Assembly (NCBI GenBank): GCA_024635455.1
Contig: JAGXIU010000002.1
Span: forward strand, 236,309-300,308
Direction of reading: 5' to 3'
Length of the DNA: 64,000 nucleotides
From: Candidatus Saccharimonadota bacterium
Lineage (GTDB): Bacteria > Patescibacteriota > Saccharimonadia > Saccharimonadales > SLHW01
In this document: positions 7,756 to 19,068 of the stretch, piece after piece
Layout: every line of letters starts with the position of its first letter
Position numbering within the stretch: the first letter of the stretch is position 1
Made by a program: the position numbers and the translations under genes
The notes under the pieces: model-generated
Told to the model about the DNA's origin: nothing
Databases searched by the model: none
Seen by the model: the letters and a program-made list of their open reading frames with translations, nothing else

Positions 7756-9282
7756 TTATTTTGCTTCGATACCGAGTAGTTTCTCGAGACGTTTTTCTAT
7801 GGAGCCAGGGTGGCGACCGAATTCCTTCGATAACTTACCTATGTCACTATCTATCTGGAATAGTTTTATAAGCGTTTCATCGTCCTTAGTTCGCCATGGT
7901 CGGTAAGCGTTGGGATATTCTTGACGCATCTTTTCTAGTTTTTGCGCCCAGTTACCGCTGTTTTTTTGTGTTTTTGCGGGACGTTTTTTTCGTTCTTCCT
8001 CGGCTTTTTGCCAGTCATCTATAATCTTTTGATGGTTGCGATGAGTCACCTCACTGGTAGAGCGTAGGGTGACGTCTATCTCGCGAGCATACGGGCTGGT
8101 TCGTAGTGCCATATTGTTTATGCCATCTAGCGTCAGGTTATCAAGGCTGCGGACGCGGGAGAGCGCTACGTAACCCATACCTTCGACAAATGCCTTAGAG
8201 AGGTCTATTTGTGCAGCATCAAGTGTCATACCTTGACTCTTGTGGACTGTTATCGCCCAGGCAAGACGGATGGGTAGTTGTGTTAGGCCAGCTCGTTTTT
8301 TATCACCATCCCTTAGTTCCCAGGCTTCTGGCCGAATAGTGATGGTTTTGCCGTTTAATAGCCGTACTATTGGATAATCAGTATCTGGCTCGAAATCGAC
8401 AACGGTGCCTAAGCTCCCGTTTACGTATTTTTTTTCTGGGTTGTTTTTGATACACATGACACTCGCGCCAAGTTTAAGTTGCAGGGTCTCTGATGCAAGG
8501 CACGAGCGCTTGAGCTGTTCAACATAACGAGCACTACCAGTAGTGCTCATCTCGTAGCTGTGTATGTCACCGTCGAGCTCCTGGAGTTTTTTCTGATTAA
8601 TTGCGTCAACATCCACATTGGTGGTTAAGAGCCGTGTAACGCTATGAGAATCCTTTACGGAAGCTTCTCGAGCACGGAGTCGGTCAAGCTGTGAGCGCAT
8701 CAGGCTTCCTTCACGGATGCCGTTTAATATATCGGTATAGTATTGATCATCAGCCTGTCGGTATTGTTCGTGCAAATAACAAACTTCAAAAGAACCTTCT
8801 TGCCAAGATTGCGACTCAGTAACAAAGCCTCCATAGCGACTATCGCCACGGTTAATCGGTGGTAACTGGAAAAAATCACCACAAAGAATGACCTGTACGC
8901 CACCAAACGGTTCCTCTGAGTCTCGAGCTTCACGCATGGCCTGGTTAATAAGATCGAGTCGGAAGTCATGCAGCATACTTATCTCATCGATTATGAGTAC
9001 GTCGGCTTTATTGATGAGTTCCCGTCGTTGCTTACTTAGGTTTTTTCCAAATGAGTGCGGCAATTCATCTTGAATGCCAATACCTGCCCAGGAGTGGATG
9101 GTGCTGCCGTTTAGGTGAGTTGCCGCTAGCCCGGTAGTGGCGGTAATCGCTATGTGTTTACCGTCAGCTTTCCCGCGCTGGATGAACTGATTTAATACAT
9201 GCGTTTTGCCGGTGCCAGCAGCACCGGTGAGCAGGGTAGATACACCACTTTCAAGAATGGCAAGCGCGTCTCGTTGAATCAT
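7756..9282 (-). CDS. Pif1/RecD-like superfamily 1 DNA helicase with C-terminal HTH-like tail
   Basis: Walker A GAAGTGKTH, Walker B DVLIIDEISM, ILCGDFFQLPPI, and C-terminal motifs ITVHKSQG and GYVALSR. Confidence 0.8.
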   Translation of the reverse strand: MIQRDALAILESGVSTLLTGAAGTGKTHVLNQFIQRGKADGKHIAITATTGLAATHLNGSTIHSWAGIGIQDELPHSFGKNLSKQRRELINKADVLIIDEISMLHDFRLDLINQAMREARDSEEPFGGVQVILCGDFFQLPPINRGDSRYGGFVTESQSWQEGSFEVCYLHEQYRQADDQYYTDILNGIREGSLMRSQLDRLRAREASVKDSHSVTRLLTTNVDVDAINQKKLQELDGDIHSYEMSTTGSARYVEQLKRSCLASETLQLKLGASVMCIKNNPEKKYVNGSLGTVVDFEPDTDYPIVRLLNGKTITIRPEAWELRDGDKKRAGLTQLPIRLAWAITVHKSQGMTLDAAQIDLSKAFVEGMGYVALSRVRSLDNLTLDGINNMALRTSPYAREIDVTLRSTSEVTHRNHQKIIDDWQKAEEERKKRPAKTQKNSGNWAQKLEKMRQEYPNAYRPWRTKDDETLIKLFQIDSDIGKLSKEFGRHPGSIEKRLEKLLGIEAK

Positions 9283-9330
9283 TACCTCTAGTATAGCAGT
9301 CGATAGCGACGGCTGAGCGGTCTTATATGA

Positions 9331-11163
9331 TTACTTCTTCTTTTTATTACGCTTATTGCTATCAAGCTCGCGTTTCCGCAGTCGAAGACTTTCTGGCGTA
9401 ACTTCTAGCAGTTCATCGTCTTCGATAAAATCAATTGCTTGTTCTAGGCTCAAAATAGTTGGTGGGGTCAACTGTACAACGCCGTCACTTGAAGAGCTGC
9501 GCATGTTGGTTAGGTGCTTTGCCTTACAGACATTCATATCCATATCTTCTTGGCGTTTATTTAATCCTACAATTTGTCCAGCGTAGACTTTTTCACCTGC
9601 GTCTATAAAGACGGTGCCGCGCTCGCCAGCCATCTCGAGTGCATACGGTGTAGTTGTGCCGGTTTCGTGCGCAACCAGAACGCCGTTGCGCAGCTGATTC
9701 AGCGCACTACCAAGTGGTTGATAGCCGTCCATCAGGCTACTCATGATAACCGTTCCCTTTGTATTGGTTAGTAGCGTATTTCGAAGACCAATCAACGCTC
9801 GAGTTGGAATGCTGTAGGTTAGCTTGGTGGTTCCTTTGTTGTTCGATGACTGTGACTGTAGCTGCGCTCGACGTGCACCAAGCTCCATTTGAATAGTGCC
9901 AACGTGCTCTTCAGGTACCTCAATAAATAATTCTTCAACTGGTTCTTGTTCAACACCGTCTATCTCGCGAGTTATCACGTGTGGCCGTCCTACCTCGAAC
10001 TCATATCCTTCTCGGCGCATGGTTTCGATTAGAACACTTAGGTGCAGTTCACCACGACCGGCTACCACAAAGCCAATGCCGTCGTCTTCAACCTGTAGTC
10101 CGATATTGGTCTCGAGCTCCTTGTTCAGCCGGTCACTTAGTTGTCGGCTCGTCGAGAATTTACCCTCAGTGCCCTTAAACGGGGACGTATTCGGACCAAG
10201 GTATATCTTCAAGGTTGGTGCTTCAACCTCCATGACTGGCAAAGCATCAGGATGTTCGCTGTCAGCAATTGTCTCGCCAATTTGCGCTTCAGCAACACCA
10301 GTCAAAGCTACGATGTCGCCTGCGACACCACCTACTACTTCAAAGCGGTTCACGCCGTGACTCATGTAGACGCCATCCACCTTTGCTTTCGTGATACTGC
10401 CGTCTTTTTTGCACAGTGATACGGCATCATTTGGCTTGATTGCACCACGGGAAATGCGTCCGATTGCATACTTGCCCTTGAAACTATCCCAAGCCAATGC
10501 AGTTACTAACATTTGAAATGGTTGGTCTGGCGCCACATTCGGCGCTGGTACATGTTGGGTTATTGCTTCAAATATTACGTCTAAGTTTGCTTCTTCGTCA
10601 CTGTTTTCTGGCGGGTTCTGCCAAGCTTTTCCGTCACGAGCAATCGCATAATACAACGGGTACTGTAGCTGGTCCTCATCGACAGCTAGTTCTAGGAACA
10701 AGTTAGCCAGTTCATCTTCGACTTCTGCGATGCGGTTACCTGGTTTGTCTATCTTATTAATGATGACGATTGGCTTGAGGTGGTTTAGTAGTGCTTTGGC
10801 CAGTACGAATTTAGTTTGTGGCATTGGTCCTTCTTGCGCATCAACGACGAGTAGGCAACCATCAGCCATATTAAGTGTGCGCTCAACTTCACCAGAGAAG
10901 TCAGCATGCCCTGGAGTGTCGATGATATTTATCCGGTAGTCATCGTGTTGGACGGCTGTAACTTTCGCCGTTATGGTAATGCCTCGCTCTCGCTCCTGAT
11001 CGTTACTGTCCATAATAAGTTCTTGCTCCATCTCAGCTTGGTTATCGCGAAATGTCTGAGACTGCTTAAGTAGACCGTCTACCAGTGTCGTTTTGCCGTG
11101 GTCAACGTGCGCAATAATAGCAATATTACGAATTTTTTTGGCATCTTGGTTCTCTGAAATCAT
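9331..11163 (-). CDS. typA: Translational GTPase TypA/BipA
   Basis: [28 protein letters not shown]. Start chosen at the ATG preceded by AAGGA ([10 protein letters not shown]...). Confidence 0.92.
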   Translation of the reverse strand: MISENQDAKKIRNIAIIAHVDHGKTTLVDGLLKQSQTFRDNQAEMEQELIMDSNDQERERGITITAKVTAVQHDDYRINIIDTPGHADFSGEVERTLNMADGCLLVVDAQEGPMPQTKFVLAKALLNHLKPIVIINKIDKPGNRIAEVEDELANLFLELAVDEDQLQYPLYYAIARDGKAWQNPPENSDEEANLDVIFEAITQHVPAPNVAPDQPFQMLVTALAWDSFKGKYAIGRISRGAIKPNDAVSLCKKDGSITKAKVDGVYMSHGVNRFEVVGGVAGDIVALTGVAEAQIGETIADSEHPDALPVMEVEAPTLKIYLGPNTSPFKGTEGKFSTSRQLSDRLNKELETNIGLQVEDDGIGFVVAGRGELHLSVLIETMRREGYEFEVGRPHVITREIDGVEQEPVEELFIEVPEEHVGTIQMELGARRAQLQSQSSNNKGTTKLTYSIPTRALIGLRNTLLTNTKGTVIMSSLMDGYQPLGSALNQLRNGVLVAHETGTTTPYALEMAGERGTVFIDAGEKVYAGQIVGLNKRQEDMDMNVCKAKHLTNMRSSSSDGVVQLTPPTILSLEQAIDFIEDDELLEVTPESLRLRKRELDSNKRNKKKK

Positions 11164-11198
11164 TACGTGTCCTTGTAGGGGTATAACACCCCTGTTCA

Positions 11199-11231
11199 TG
11201 AAAAAAGCGCTTATACGATTGAAAAGCGCTT
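11199..11231 (-). terminator. Terminator-like hairpin inside the typA 5' leader (possible attenuator)
   Basis: Two copies of the palindrome AAGCGCTT (11205-11212 and 11224-11231) form an 8-bp stem. On the minus strand a T6 run follows. The hairpin lies between a TATAAT-like box (near 11255) and the typA start. Confidence 0.4.
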
Positions 11232-11369
11232 GCTTCTTATCTAATTTGACTATAATTATAACATATTAATACTTTTTATACTGTAGCCAGTGCGTCAGCT
11301 TGTTTGCGGATTCAGCGTGCATGCTATACTAACAGATGAATACACAGCATAAATAACCAGTGAGGATGT

Positions 11370-12098
11370 ATGGCTGGACACAGTAAATGGGCCAAAATAA
11401 AACGCGGTAAGGCAGCTGAAGATGCCAAACGCGGTGCAATATTTACCAAACACGGCAATGCAATAGCAATTGCAGCTCGTGATGGGGCTGACCCGGATAT
11501 GAATTTCGCACTCCGTTTAGCAGTAGACAGGGCCAAGGCCGCAAATATGCCAGCTGCCAACATTCAACGATCAATTGACCGAGGTAGCGGGAAGCTAGGC
11601 GGCGAACAAATCCAAGAAGTTATGTACGAAGGGTACGGTCCTGGCGGCGTTGCTATTATTGTTGCAGCGGCTACAGATAACATTAATCGAACGTATCCTG
11701 AGGTACGAACTGCGTTTTCGAAACATGGTGGTAATATTGCCGAAAAAGGTGCCGTTGCTTTCCAGTTTGAACAAAAAGGTGAAATTCGTATTAAGGGAAC
11801 AGGTGACGAAATAACGCTTCAAGCTATTGAAGCTGGCGCCGAAGATGCGCAAGATGAAGATGACGAGCTAGTCGTATACACTGACCCGAAAGAATTTGCT
11901 AAAGTTCGGGACAGCTTAAAAGACGCAGGGCTAAAGATTAGCGAAGCACAATTAACGTACCTGCCAACAAACACTGTAGAAGTCGATGACGAGAAGACTG
12001 CCGGCAAAGTAAGGCGCTTAATGGAAGCGCTTGAAGAGCTTGATGACGTAAGTGATACATATGTTAACTTCTCATTTGCTGATAGCATAGACGTATAA
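11370..12098 (+). CDS. yebC: YebC/PmpR family DNA-binding regulator
   Basis: MAGHSKWAKIKRGKAAEDAKRG N-terminus is diagnostic. Confidence 0.9.
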   Translation: MAGHSKWAKIKRGKAAEDAKRGAIFTKHGNAIAIAARDGADPDMNFALRLAVDRAKAANMPAANIQRSIDRGSGKLGGEQIQEVMYEGYGPGGVAIIVAAATDNINRTYPEVRTAFSKHGGNIAEKGAVAFQFEQKGEIRIKGTGDEITLQAIEAGAEDAQDEDDELVVYTDPKEFAKVRDSLKDAGLKISEAQLTYLPTNTVEVDDEKTAGKVRRLMEALEELDDVSDTYVNFSFADSIDV

Positions 12099-12102
12099 AC
12101 CC

Positions 12103-12579
12103 ATGAGAATTATTGGTATAGATCCTGGAACTAGTATTCTCGGATTTGGAGTAATCGATAGTGAGGGCCAGAAGAAAACTATGGTTGATGCTGGCGTAAT
12201 CACTACCAGAGCTCATCAGCCACTCGATGAACGATTACTAGAGATATACCAGTGCATTACCCAGATTATAAAAGAGAATAAGCCCGAGGTAATGGTGATA
12301 GAAAAGTTATTTTTTGCACAAAATGTCACCACGGCTATAAGCGTCAGTCATGCGCGTGGTGTTGTTATGTTGGCAGGGAAACAAGCTGACTTGAAGCTAG
12401 TGGAGTTAACTCCACTACAAATAAAGCAATCTCTAACTGGCTACGGTCGAGCCACGAAGAATCAAATACAACAAATGGTGCAGACTATGCTAAAACTTCA
12501 AAGCCTACCCGAGCCGGATGATTGCGCAGATGCCTTAGCTGCTGCCCTGTGCTACGAAGGTGATAAACTAATAGCATGA
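12103..12579 (+). CDS. ruvC: Holliday junction resolvase RuvC
   Basis: MRIIGIDPGT..GFGVI, and DCADALAAAL near the C-terminus. Confidence 0.9.
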   Translation: MRIIGIDPGTSILGFGVIDSEGQKKTMVDAGVITTRAHQPLDERLLEIYQCITQIIKENKPEVMVIEKLFFAQNVTTAISVSHARGVVMLAGKQADLKLVELTPLQIKQSLTGYGRATKNQIQQMVQTMLKLQSLPEPDDCADALAAALCYEGDKLIA

Positions 12580-13157
12580 TAGCAACGTTACGTGGTGTTA
12601 TAGCTGAGATAGAACCAGACCGTGTGGTATTGGAGTGCAGTGGTGTAGGCTACGGATTGATTGTAACTGGTGCCGATCACGGATTATTGCAGTCTGGTAA
12701 AGAGGCTCATGTCTACGTCCATGAACATATTAAAGAAGATGCGCATGATTTATTTGGTTTTTTATCCAAAGACACCAAACGATTATTCGAGCAGCTCTTA
12801 ACAGTAAAAAATGTTGGCCCAAAGGTTGCTATTGCGTTGCTTGATATCGATAAAATAGACGGCGTTCGACAAGCAATTGCCGACGGTAACATAAAAACAT
12901 TACAAACAGCCAAAGGTGTTGGTAAGCGAGCAGCTGAACAAATAGTTGTAGAACTGCGCGATAAAGTTGGGCTTAGCTCAAGTGACTCTGCTGACTCTGT
13001 CGTGTCGCGTGGTGCAGCGAGCCGTCAGCGCAATGACGAGGCATTCCAGGGGCTCGTGGCGCTTGGTTACAGCGATGTCGATGCGCTGGAAGCGCTCGCA
13101 AACATTGATCCTGACTTGTCAGTTGAGCAACGCATAACTCAGGCCTTGAAACGGTAG
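12576..13157 (+). CDS. ruvA: Holliday junction helicase subunit RuvA
   Basis: MIATLRGVI...GVGYGL..., HhH GVGKRAAEQIV. Overlaps ruvC by 4 nt. Confidence 0.9.
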   Translation: MIATLRGVIAEIEPDRVVLECSGVGYGLIVTGADHGLLQSGKEAHVYVHEHIKEDAHDLFGFLSKDTKRLFEQLLTVKNVGPKVAIALLDIDKIDGVRQAIADGNIKTLQTAKGVGKRAAEQIVVELRDKVGLSSSDSADSVVSRGAASRQRNDEAFQGLVALGYSDVDALEALANIDPDLSVEQRITQALKR

Positions 13158-13163
13158 TAGGCT

Positions 13164-14216
13164 ATGGCTATAGATAGAATCGTACAACAAACAGCAGATG
13201 ATCAACCTGATGCAAACGAGGATCAATTCGAGCAAACGCTACGACCTCGAACATTTGACGAGTATATTGGCCAAGATAGGCTCAAGAAGAATTTACGATT
13301 AGCAATTACCGCATCTAAGAAGCGAGAAGAGCCGGTTGATCATGTTCTACTTTATGGTCCACCCGGCTTAGGCAAGACTACTATGGCCAGCGTGATAGCG
13401 AATGAAATGAATGCACAAATTCGAATTACCTCTGGTCCGGCTATAGGGCGGGCGGCTGATTTAGCCAGCTTGCTGACTAATCTACAGGATGGCGATATTT
13501 TATTTATTGATGAAATCCATCGACTTGGACGTAGCGTTGAGGAAGTGCTCTACAGCGCTATGGAGGACTTTAAGCTCGATATTGTGTTGGGCAAGGGGCC
13601 AAGCGCAAAAAGCCTGCGGCTTGATTTGCCGCGCTTTACTATTATTGGCGCCACGACCCGCACCGGTGCACTGGCGGCACCCTTGCGCGATCGGTTTGGT
13701 ATCATGCACCGCCTTGAATTCTACACGCCGGAGGATATACAAAAAATAATAACGCGGTCTGCTCAGATACTCGAGACCGAGATACACGATGCTGCGAGTG
13801 AAATCATCGCTTCTCGAGCGCGATTAACGCCACGTATAGCCAATAGATTACTCAAGCGAGTGCGCGATTATGCAGACGTAAACGGCGACGGTATTATAGA
13901 TACGCCGCTCGCACAAAGCGCCCTCAAGCTACTTGAAATCGATGAAATAGGACTAGACCCAGCTGATAGGCAGCTAATAGACGTCATCATCGACCATCAT
14001 GGCGGTGGCCCGGTCGGCGTAGAAACACTGGCTGCTATCACCGGTGATGAGCGCTCAACAATTGAAGATTTTCTGGAGCCATATTTATTACAGATTGGCT
14101 TTCTGGAGCGTACTCCGCGCGGTAGAAAAGTCACCCCACGAGCCTATAAGCATGTAGGAAAAAAACCTAAACATCAGGCATCTGACTCACCTAGTCCACA
14201 AGAAGAGCTTCTCTAG
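13164..14216 (+). CDS. ruvB: Holliday junction helicase RuvB
   Basis: [31 protein letters not shown]. Confidence 0.95.
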   Translation: MAIDRIVQQTADDQPDANEDQFEQTLRPRTFDEYIGQDRLKKNLRLAITASKKREEPVDHVLLYGPPGLGKTTMASVIANEMNAQIRITSGPAIGRAADLASLLTNLQDGDILFIDEIHRLGRSVEEVLYSAMEDFKLDIVLGKGPSAKSLRLDLPRFTIIGATTRTGALAAPLRDRFGIMHRLEFYTPEDIQKIITRSAQILETEIHDAASEIIASRARLTPRIANRLLKRVRDYADVNGDGIIDTPLAQSALKLLEIDEIGLDPADRQLIDVIIDHHGGGPVGVETLAAITGDERSTIEDFLEPYLLQIGFLERTPRGRKVTPRAYKHVGKKPKHQASDSPSPQEELL

Positions 14217-14223
14217 CGCTCTA

Positions 14224-14523
14224 TTACTCTGAAAATGGGTTATCTCTTGCTTCTTTAAACAGTGCGTCAACTTGTACGTTCTGATCCTGTAGTTCTTTGA
14301 TTTTATCAACTGCCGCTTGGTCAATCTCTGGCCGATTGACTGACTCCAGCTGCTCTAAAACGGTAAGTTCATCGGCCTCAACTTGCGTCAAGCTGTTTAT
14401 ATGGAGCACCAAATATCCATAGACCATTAGGTTAGCGATGATAAACATGAAGGGCAAAAAGCGCACCAGTGTTTTCGCGAATCTCGATAGGTAATTAGTA
14501 ATGTTTTTAATATCTATATTCAT
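14224..14523 (-). CDS. Small membrane protein, last gene of the pilM-N-O block
   Basis: 99 aa with one TM segment. Its start overlaps the upstream gene's stop by 4 nt. Confidence 0.5.
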   Translation of the reverse strand: MNIDIKNITNYLSRFAKTLVRFLPFMFIIANLMVYGYLVLHINSLTQVEADELTVLEQLESVNRPEIDQAAVDKIKELQDQNVQVDALFKEARDNPFSE

Positions 14524-15110
14524 GGCTTTATGTACACTACCAGATTAACAGTAAAGGTCAGTAGACTGCGATTATCTTCATCTGGAATAATAGAGATGGA
14601 CTGGACTTGGGACGTACGACGATTTTGTTCGAGCTTATTTAGAAATGAGATAAAACGATCGTACGTCGTCGGTGATTCAGATACTCCGATTGACATCTCT
14701 AACTCAAGTAATCCCGGTATGCCTTGTACTGGAGTTGCTTGAGTTATGACAGACTGTGAACTGGCTTGGGCTGCGCCGAGGTTAGAGCTAGGGAACGATA
14801 CAGTTGATACTGTTACGCCACTATCTTGAGCGACGGCAATAACTTCACGGACTGTACGCGCCTGATCTTTCTCTTGCGGAATAATCCGCGTTGCTAGTTG
14901 TTCTAGTCCACTGTATTCCTCTATATCTGCTTTTGCTTGTATGAGCGATAGCTCTTGCGCTTCTGTTACTTCTTGTTGCACTTTCGCCGTATGCAGCTCT
15001 TCCGAGCTTTCCTCGAGCATCGTGACGCCAAAATATACTGAGGCGATAAGCCCGAGCCCGAGCAATAAGGCCAGTCCAAAGAACAGCTGGTATAGTTGTT
15101 TGCCACTCAT
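14520..15110 (-). CDS. pilO: PilO-like type IV pilus assembly protein
   Basis: N-terminal TM plus coiled region, in the position after pilN. Overlapping stops and starts. Confidence 0.55.
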   Translation of the reverse strand: MSGKQLYQLFFGLALLLGLGLIASVYFGVTMLEESSEELHTAKVQQEVTEAQELSLIQAKADIEEYSGLEQLATRIIPQEKDQARTVREVIAVAQDSGVTVSTVSFPSSNLGAAQASSQSVITQATPVQGIPGLLELEMSIGVSESPTTYDRFISFLNKLEQNRRTSQVQSISIIPDEDNRSLLTFTVNLVVYIKP

Positions 15111-15718
15111 GAGGAATTTCCTTCAATGTTTGGTTGCGCTTCTGGTATCAGCAAGAATTGACTGTTTTCGCCAAATAAAGCACGAATAGTTATTTGGCAT
15201 GGATATGTCGGACTATCTTCACCCTGCTCGCAACGAACACTGATGATATCTGAAGATGCAAATATTTCATTTGCAGGATCCTCTAAGTTTACCTGCACTT
15301 GGGTGGCTGTATTGTAATCCGTTGCATCAGCCAGCAGATCTATACCGCCCTCAGTTTCGTTAATTGTCAGACCTGACAAGACCGCCCCTGAAGGTATAGC
15401 GCTACCGACCTGCCTGATAAGATCAGAGAAGAGAACTTGCTGAGATAGTACCTGGACAACCAGATTAAGCGAGTCGCTAATCTCTTGCACCCTCGTCTTG
15501 GTTTCTTGTAGGTCTTGTTGCGCTAAACCTTGTTCGGTCTGATCAATATCCTGTAAGAGTTGATCAGTTGCCCGCGTTATATAAAACTGCCCAAACATAA
15601 CAACAGCGAATACACCAATGATCGCTACAGTAAGTGCAGCCAGCCATTTCAGTAACAGGGTATTACGTTTTGCGTAAAAAATTGTCTGTTTTGTCTCAGG
15701 TGGGAGTAAGTTGATCAT
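15107..15718 (-). CDS. pilN: PilN-like type IV pilus assembly protein
   Basis: MINLLPPE start followed by a TM segment, typical of PilN. Confidence 0.65.
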   Translation of the reverse strand: MINLLPPETKQTIFYAKRNTLLLKWLAALTVAIIGVFAVVMFGQFYITRATDQLLQDIDQTEQGLAQQDLQETKTRVQEISDSLNLVVQVLSQQVLFSDLIRQVGSAIPSGAVLSGLTINETEGGIDLLADATDYNTATQVQVNLEDPANEIFASSDIISVRCEQGEDSPTYPCQITIRALFGENSQFLLIPEAQPNIEGNSS

Positions 15719-16779
15719 GAAAGTATCTCCTGTGAGCGCAAGAGAGCAAGCCCTGCAACAGTGACATACATAGACTTCTCGATACTATTTGGTGGTTGCA
15801 GTTTGCCAAACTGTAATGATTGCCACGGATCACACATGCGTACCGGTAAACGCAGGAGGTTGGTCATGTGCTCTGATAGCCCGGGCATGTTAGCGCCACC
15901 ACCTAGTGTCACAACTTGGCCTATCTTACCCTCAACAGTTTTGCGCTCCTCATAGTAGCGAATCATTCGTTTGATTTCTTTTATGAGTTGATCGAGGATT
16001 GGCTTGAGCGCCTCTGTTATCTCTGCTTGTTTTTTACTAACACCAAGTCCGTACTTTGTTTTTATAATATGTGCTTCTTCTTGGGTAACATTTAATTTCT
16101 TAGAGATTAGATCGGAAAAGTTGTCACCACCACCGGATACGGTTCCAGTTACAACCAACGTTTTATCAAATATAGTAATGTCCGAGGACAGTGAGCCGAA
16201 ATCAATCAGAATACTTGGCTCATCGCTTTGCTCGGCATGTAAGAATAATCGCCCCGAAGCATTAATGGTTGTCTCTACCGCAATTGGCTCTAAGCCGAGT
16301 AGCTTCATAGTGGTCATGTATGAGTCGACAATCTTCTTTGGTACGGCAGTGGCGAGCACTTCAGTCCCTTTGTCAGTCTGGGTTACTACACCGTAATCCA
16401 TATACAGTTGTTCGAGTGGAACAGGTATATATTGTTCGGCTTCAAACCGAACTGCTTCATCAAGCTCTTTTTGGTTATCAATTTTTGGGAATTGAATGGT
16501 TCTGTTAAAGGTTTTAGATGCTGGTATAGCGACTGCAACTCGTCGAGTGGTGATTTTGCCAACAATGTCGTTCTCGAACATTTTATGGACGGCTTCCGCA
16601 ATTTTCTCTGGTTCGGTTATGACGCCGTCCTCCATTGCTGATTTATCAAAGCTCGTAACACCGTAGCCAATCACCTGACGATTTCCGCTGGTGTTATTCA
16701 TCTGCATAACTTTAATCGAGTTAAAGCCGATGTCTATGCCGAAAACTGGTTTGTCGTGGTAAAATTTTGTATCATTCAT
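15715..16779 (-). CDS. pilM: Type IV pilus assembly ATPase-fold protein PilM
   Basis: Actin-like fold pattern (FGIDIGFNSIKV ... DFGSLSSDI ... TLGGGANMPGL). Confidence 0.8.
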   Translation of the reverse strand: MNDTKFYHDKPVFGIDIGFNSIKVMQMNNTSGNRQVIGYGVTSFDKSAMEDGVITEPEKIAEAVHKMFENDIVGKITTRRVAVAIPASKTFNRTIQFPKIDNQKELDEAVRFEAEQYIPVPLEQLYMDYGVVTQTDKGTEVLATAVPKKIVDSYMTTMKLLGLEPIAVETTINASGRLFLHAEQSDEPSILIDFGSLSSDITIFDKTLVVTGTVSGGGDNFSDLISKKLNVTQEEAHIIKTKYGLGVSKKQAEITEALKPILDQLIKEIKRMIRYYEERKTVEGKIGQVVTLGGGANMPGLSEHMTNLLRLPVRMCDPWQSLQFGKLQPPNSIEKSMYVTVAGLALLRSQEILS

Positions 16780-16865
16780 GCTTGCTCACCCAAAGCATAT
16801 AAGCTTATGGCTATCATAGCATATCTGTACGCTGGTTGCTTCTTGTAATTCTTTTGATCCATTGC

Positions 16866-18287
16866 CTATAAGTTCTTGAAATATATCGCTCGCCACGAAA
16901 GATCTATTGGAATTTCATCAACCGGAAAGGTCGGGTCAAGTTCGAGGTCAAACGGTGTACCTGGATTTGATGATATATATACATTTTTGCCTGATATACC
17001 CCCAAGGGCAGGCTCACTGCCAAATCGAGTTCTATCCAAGCAGATGCCATTTGTCGCTAGTAAAAACGCCGCTGGTGCAGAGGTGTTGCCTGAGTTCCCT
17101 AAGAAGACTGACCCACCCAGTGGGCACCGACTTGTTTTCGAAGCAGGGTCAGTTCCGTAAGAGACGAATACGATTGGGCCACTGCCAGGTGCAGTTATTA
17201 AACTATCGAAATTTATCGTCCCTTCAACAAAGACGAATTTCGTATTTTCATCACCAGTATCTGGGTTATTGAATGTTGGCTGGCAGCCGCTATCAGCACA
17301 TAAGTCGGCACGTAGATGTGTGTGGTCCAAGATATTTATCTGCTTTGAACCCAAGTCAATCGAACCATCATCACCGCAACTTTCTTCAGTGCCATCAGCG
17401 CTGTCGGGGTAATGCGTCAACTTGTTGTTACCTGCGCTCGGTATGTCTAAACTAGCACCTGAGTTTGTCCAATCACTACAGTTACCAGCCGCACCATAGC
17501 TCGAATCCAAAACATACGACCATGGTATAAAAGTCGATTGCACTAAGCTGATATTTGATTCATTAGCCGATACATCGAAGTTAGTCGTGTTGTTATTCCC
17601 AGGGGGAGTTATGCAATTATTATAAGCTGTTCTTATTTTTGTTTTAGTTTGTCCTGGGTCGGTAAAAGAGTCGGGTTTAATTAGGTTGCCCATACCCTCG
17701 ATAGAGCAGTTTCCCGAACCAGTGTTTCGGCCTGCTACTGTAACGCTCTCAGCAATTAAATCAGATGTATTTCGTTGAATGTATATATAGCCATTCACAT
17801 ACACATCTCGGGCGGTGACCGTCTTTACACCACTTTGTAGATGTAGAATGTTGCGACTTAGTAGACCGCTGGACGTCGTCTCAGAACTTTGCTCAGCGGC
17901 AACCTCAATTGTTCGGGTATAGGTTGCTTCGGTCGCATCTGCAGGTACATACACGTTGCCGGTTGCTATGATGGTTCGTTGCTTTGCTGTTGAGCCGGCT
18001 AATACGGATACGTCAAAAGTGGCCCTGTATCGATCGCCGTCGAGCAGGGTGGTCTCGCTAGCGTTACCAGGGTAGGAGGGGTCATCGTTTAATTTTGAGA
18101 TAGCTGTGTCGGCACCAGACTCTGCCGCATACTGTGCTTGAAGTACAAATATCCGTTGCCGCGAACGCGCAATAGTTGCGTTAGAAAGTGAAAGTATTCC
18201 GTAGATAAAGCTACTTAGTAGAATAGTGATGATTAGGAGTGAAACAATGATGCTGCCAGTCTGGTTTTTTATTTGAGGTAATTTCAT
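16866..18287 (-). CDS. Large pilus-associated protein (PilX/PilY-position), N-terminal hydrophobic anchor
   Basis: 473 aa. N-terminus GSIIVSLLIITILLSSFIYGIL. Located downstream of the minor pilins. Confidence 0.5.
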   Translation of the reverse strand: MKLPQIKNQTGSIIVSLLIITILLSSFIYGILSLSNATIARSRQRIFVLQAQYAAESGADTAISKLNDDPSYPGNASETTLLDGDRYRATFDVSVLAGSTAKQRTIIATGNVYVPADATEATYTRTIEVAAEQSSETTSSGLLSRNILHLQSGVKTVTARDVYVNGYIYIQRNTSDLIAESVTVAGRNTGSGNCSIEGMGNLIKPDSFTDPGQTKTKIRTAYNNCITPPGNNNTTNFDVSANESNISLVQSTFIPWSYVLDSSYGAAGNCSDWTNSGASLDIPSAGNNKLTHYPDSADGTEESCGDDGSIDLGSKQINILDHTHLRADLCADSGCQPTFNNPDTGDENTKFVFVEGTINFDSLITAPGSGPIVFVSYGTDPASKTSRCPLGGSVFLGNSGNTSAPAAFLLATNGICLDRTRFGSEPALGGISGKNVYISSNPGTPFDLELDPTFPVDEIPIDLSWRAIYFKNL

Positions 18288-18291
18288 GTGC

Positions 18292-19068
18292 TTAATTCCT
18301 TAAGGCCACTCGGATAGTGGTGCTTACTTGTGTTGTCGCAGTTTGCTGAAATGGTGGCGTCCTAGATATATTAATCGTAAGTTCTGCAACTTCGGCTGCC
18401 GGAAAATCTGGGCCAATAAACTCGCCCGTATCTGGATCTGTAACGGATGTATAGTCGACCACGTTTCCCGTACGAGAGAAGTATCGAACATCTAGCGACG
18501 ACACATCTTCGGCCACAACTCTATCGGCCGGACAGGAGCTAGTCGCACTCTCCGGTGGGCAACTAGTTTGTAGCCTATTATCAATGGCATCTGGGTTTGC
18601 GATGGAGCGAAGATATAATGTTTTATCGTCACCATCTAGATAGAGCACATATTCATCCTCATATGCCACAAGATTATCAAAAATGATATCTCTATCTGAG
18701 TCAAAGCTAAACCGTTTAAAGTATAGGATTGGCGTAATAACGCCAGCCGTAGCGGTTCGCGTTTCGGTTGTAGCGCGCAATTCATCCCAGAACAACCCGT
18801 TACCCGGATCTGGCACTAGTACATTATTTTCAGGGATACTGTTCTGATTGATGAGTCCGGTTGAGGATGCAAGCAATTCTCGCAATATATCACCTGCGTT
18901 CAAACGACTATTAAGCGAATCTACACTCGATTGTTGCACATAACTTGATCGCCAGTAATTAAATGTAAAGCTAAATATTGCGCCACTAATGACTCCAGTC
19001 GCGATTATTACAATTAGCAGCTCGGTAATCGTAAACCCGTCGCTATTTATTGGTGTGCGTAGACTCAT
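18292..19068 (-). CDS. Minor pilin (prepilin-type N-terminal methylation motif)
   Basis: GFTITELLIVIIATGVISG. Confidence 0.7.
   Translation of the reverse strand: MSLRTPINSDGFTITELLIVIIATGVISGAIFSFTFNYWRSSYVQQSSVDSLNSRLNAGDILRELLASSTGLINQNSIPENNVLVPDPGNGLFWDELRATTETRTATAGVITPILYFKRFSFDSDRDIIFDNLVAYEDEYVLYLDGDDKTLYLRSIANPDAIDNRLQTSCPPESATSSCPADRVVAEDVSSLDVRYFSRTGNVVDYTSVTDPDTGEFIGPDFPAAEVAELTINISRTPPFQQTATTQVSTTIRVALRN

Noticed and set aside
9356-10939. Multiple plus-strand ORFs (up to 154 aa) inside typA
   Set aside because: All are antisense to a highly conserved GTPase frame.
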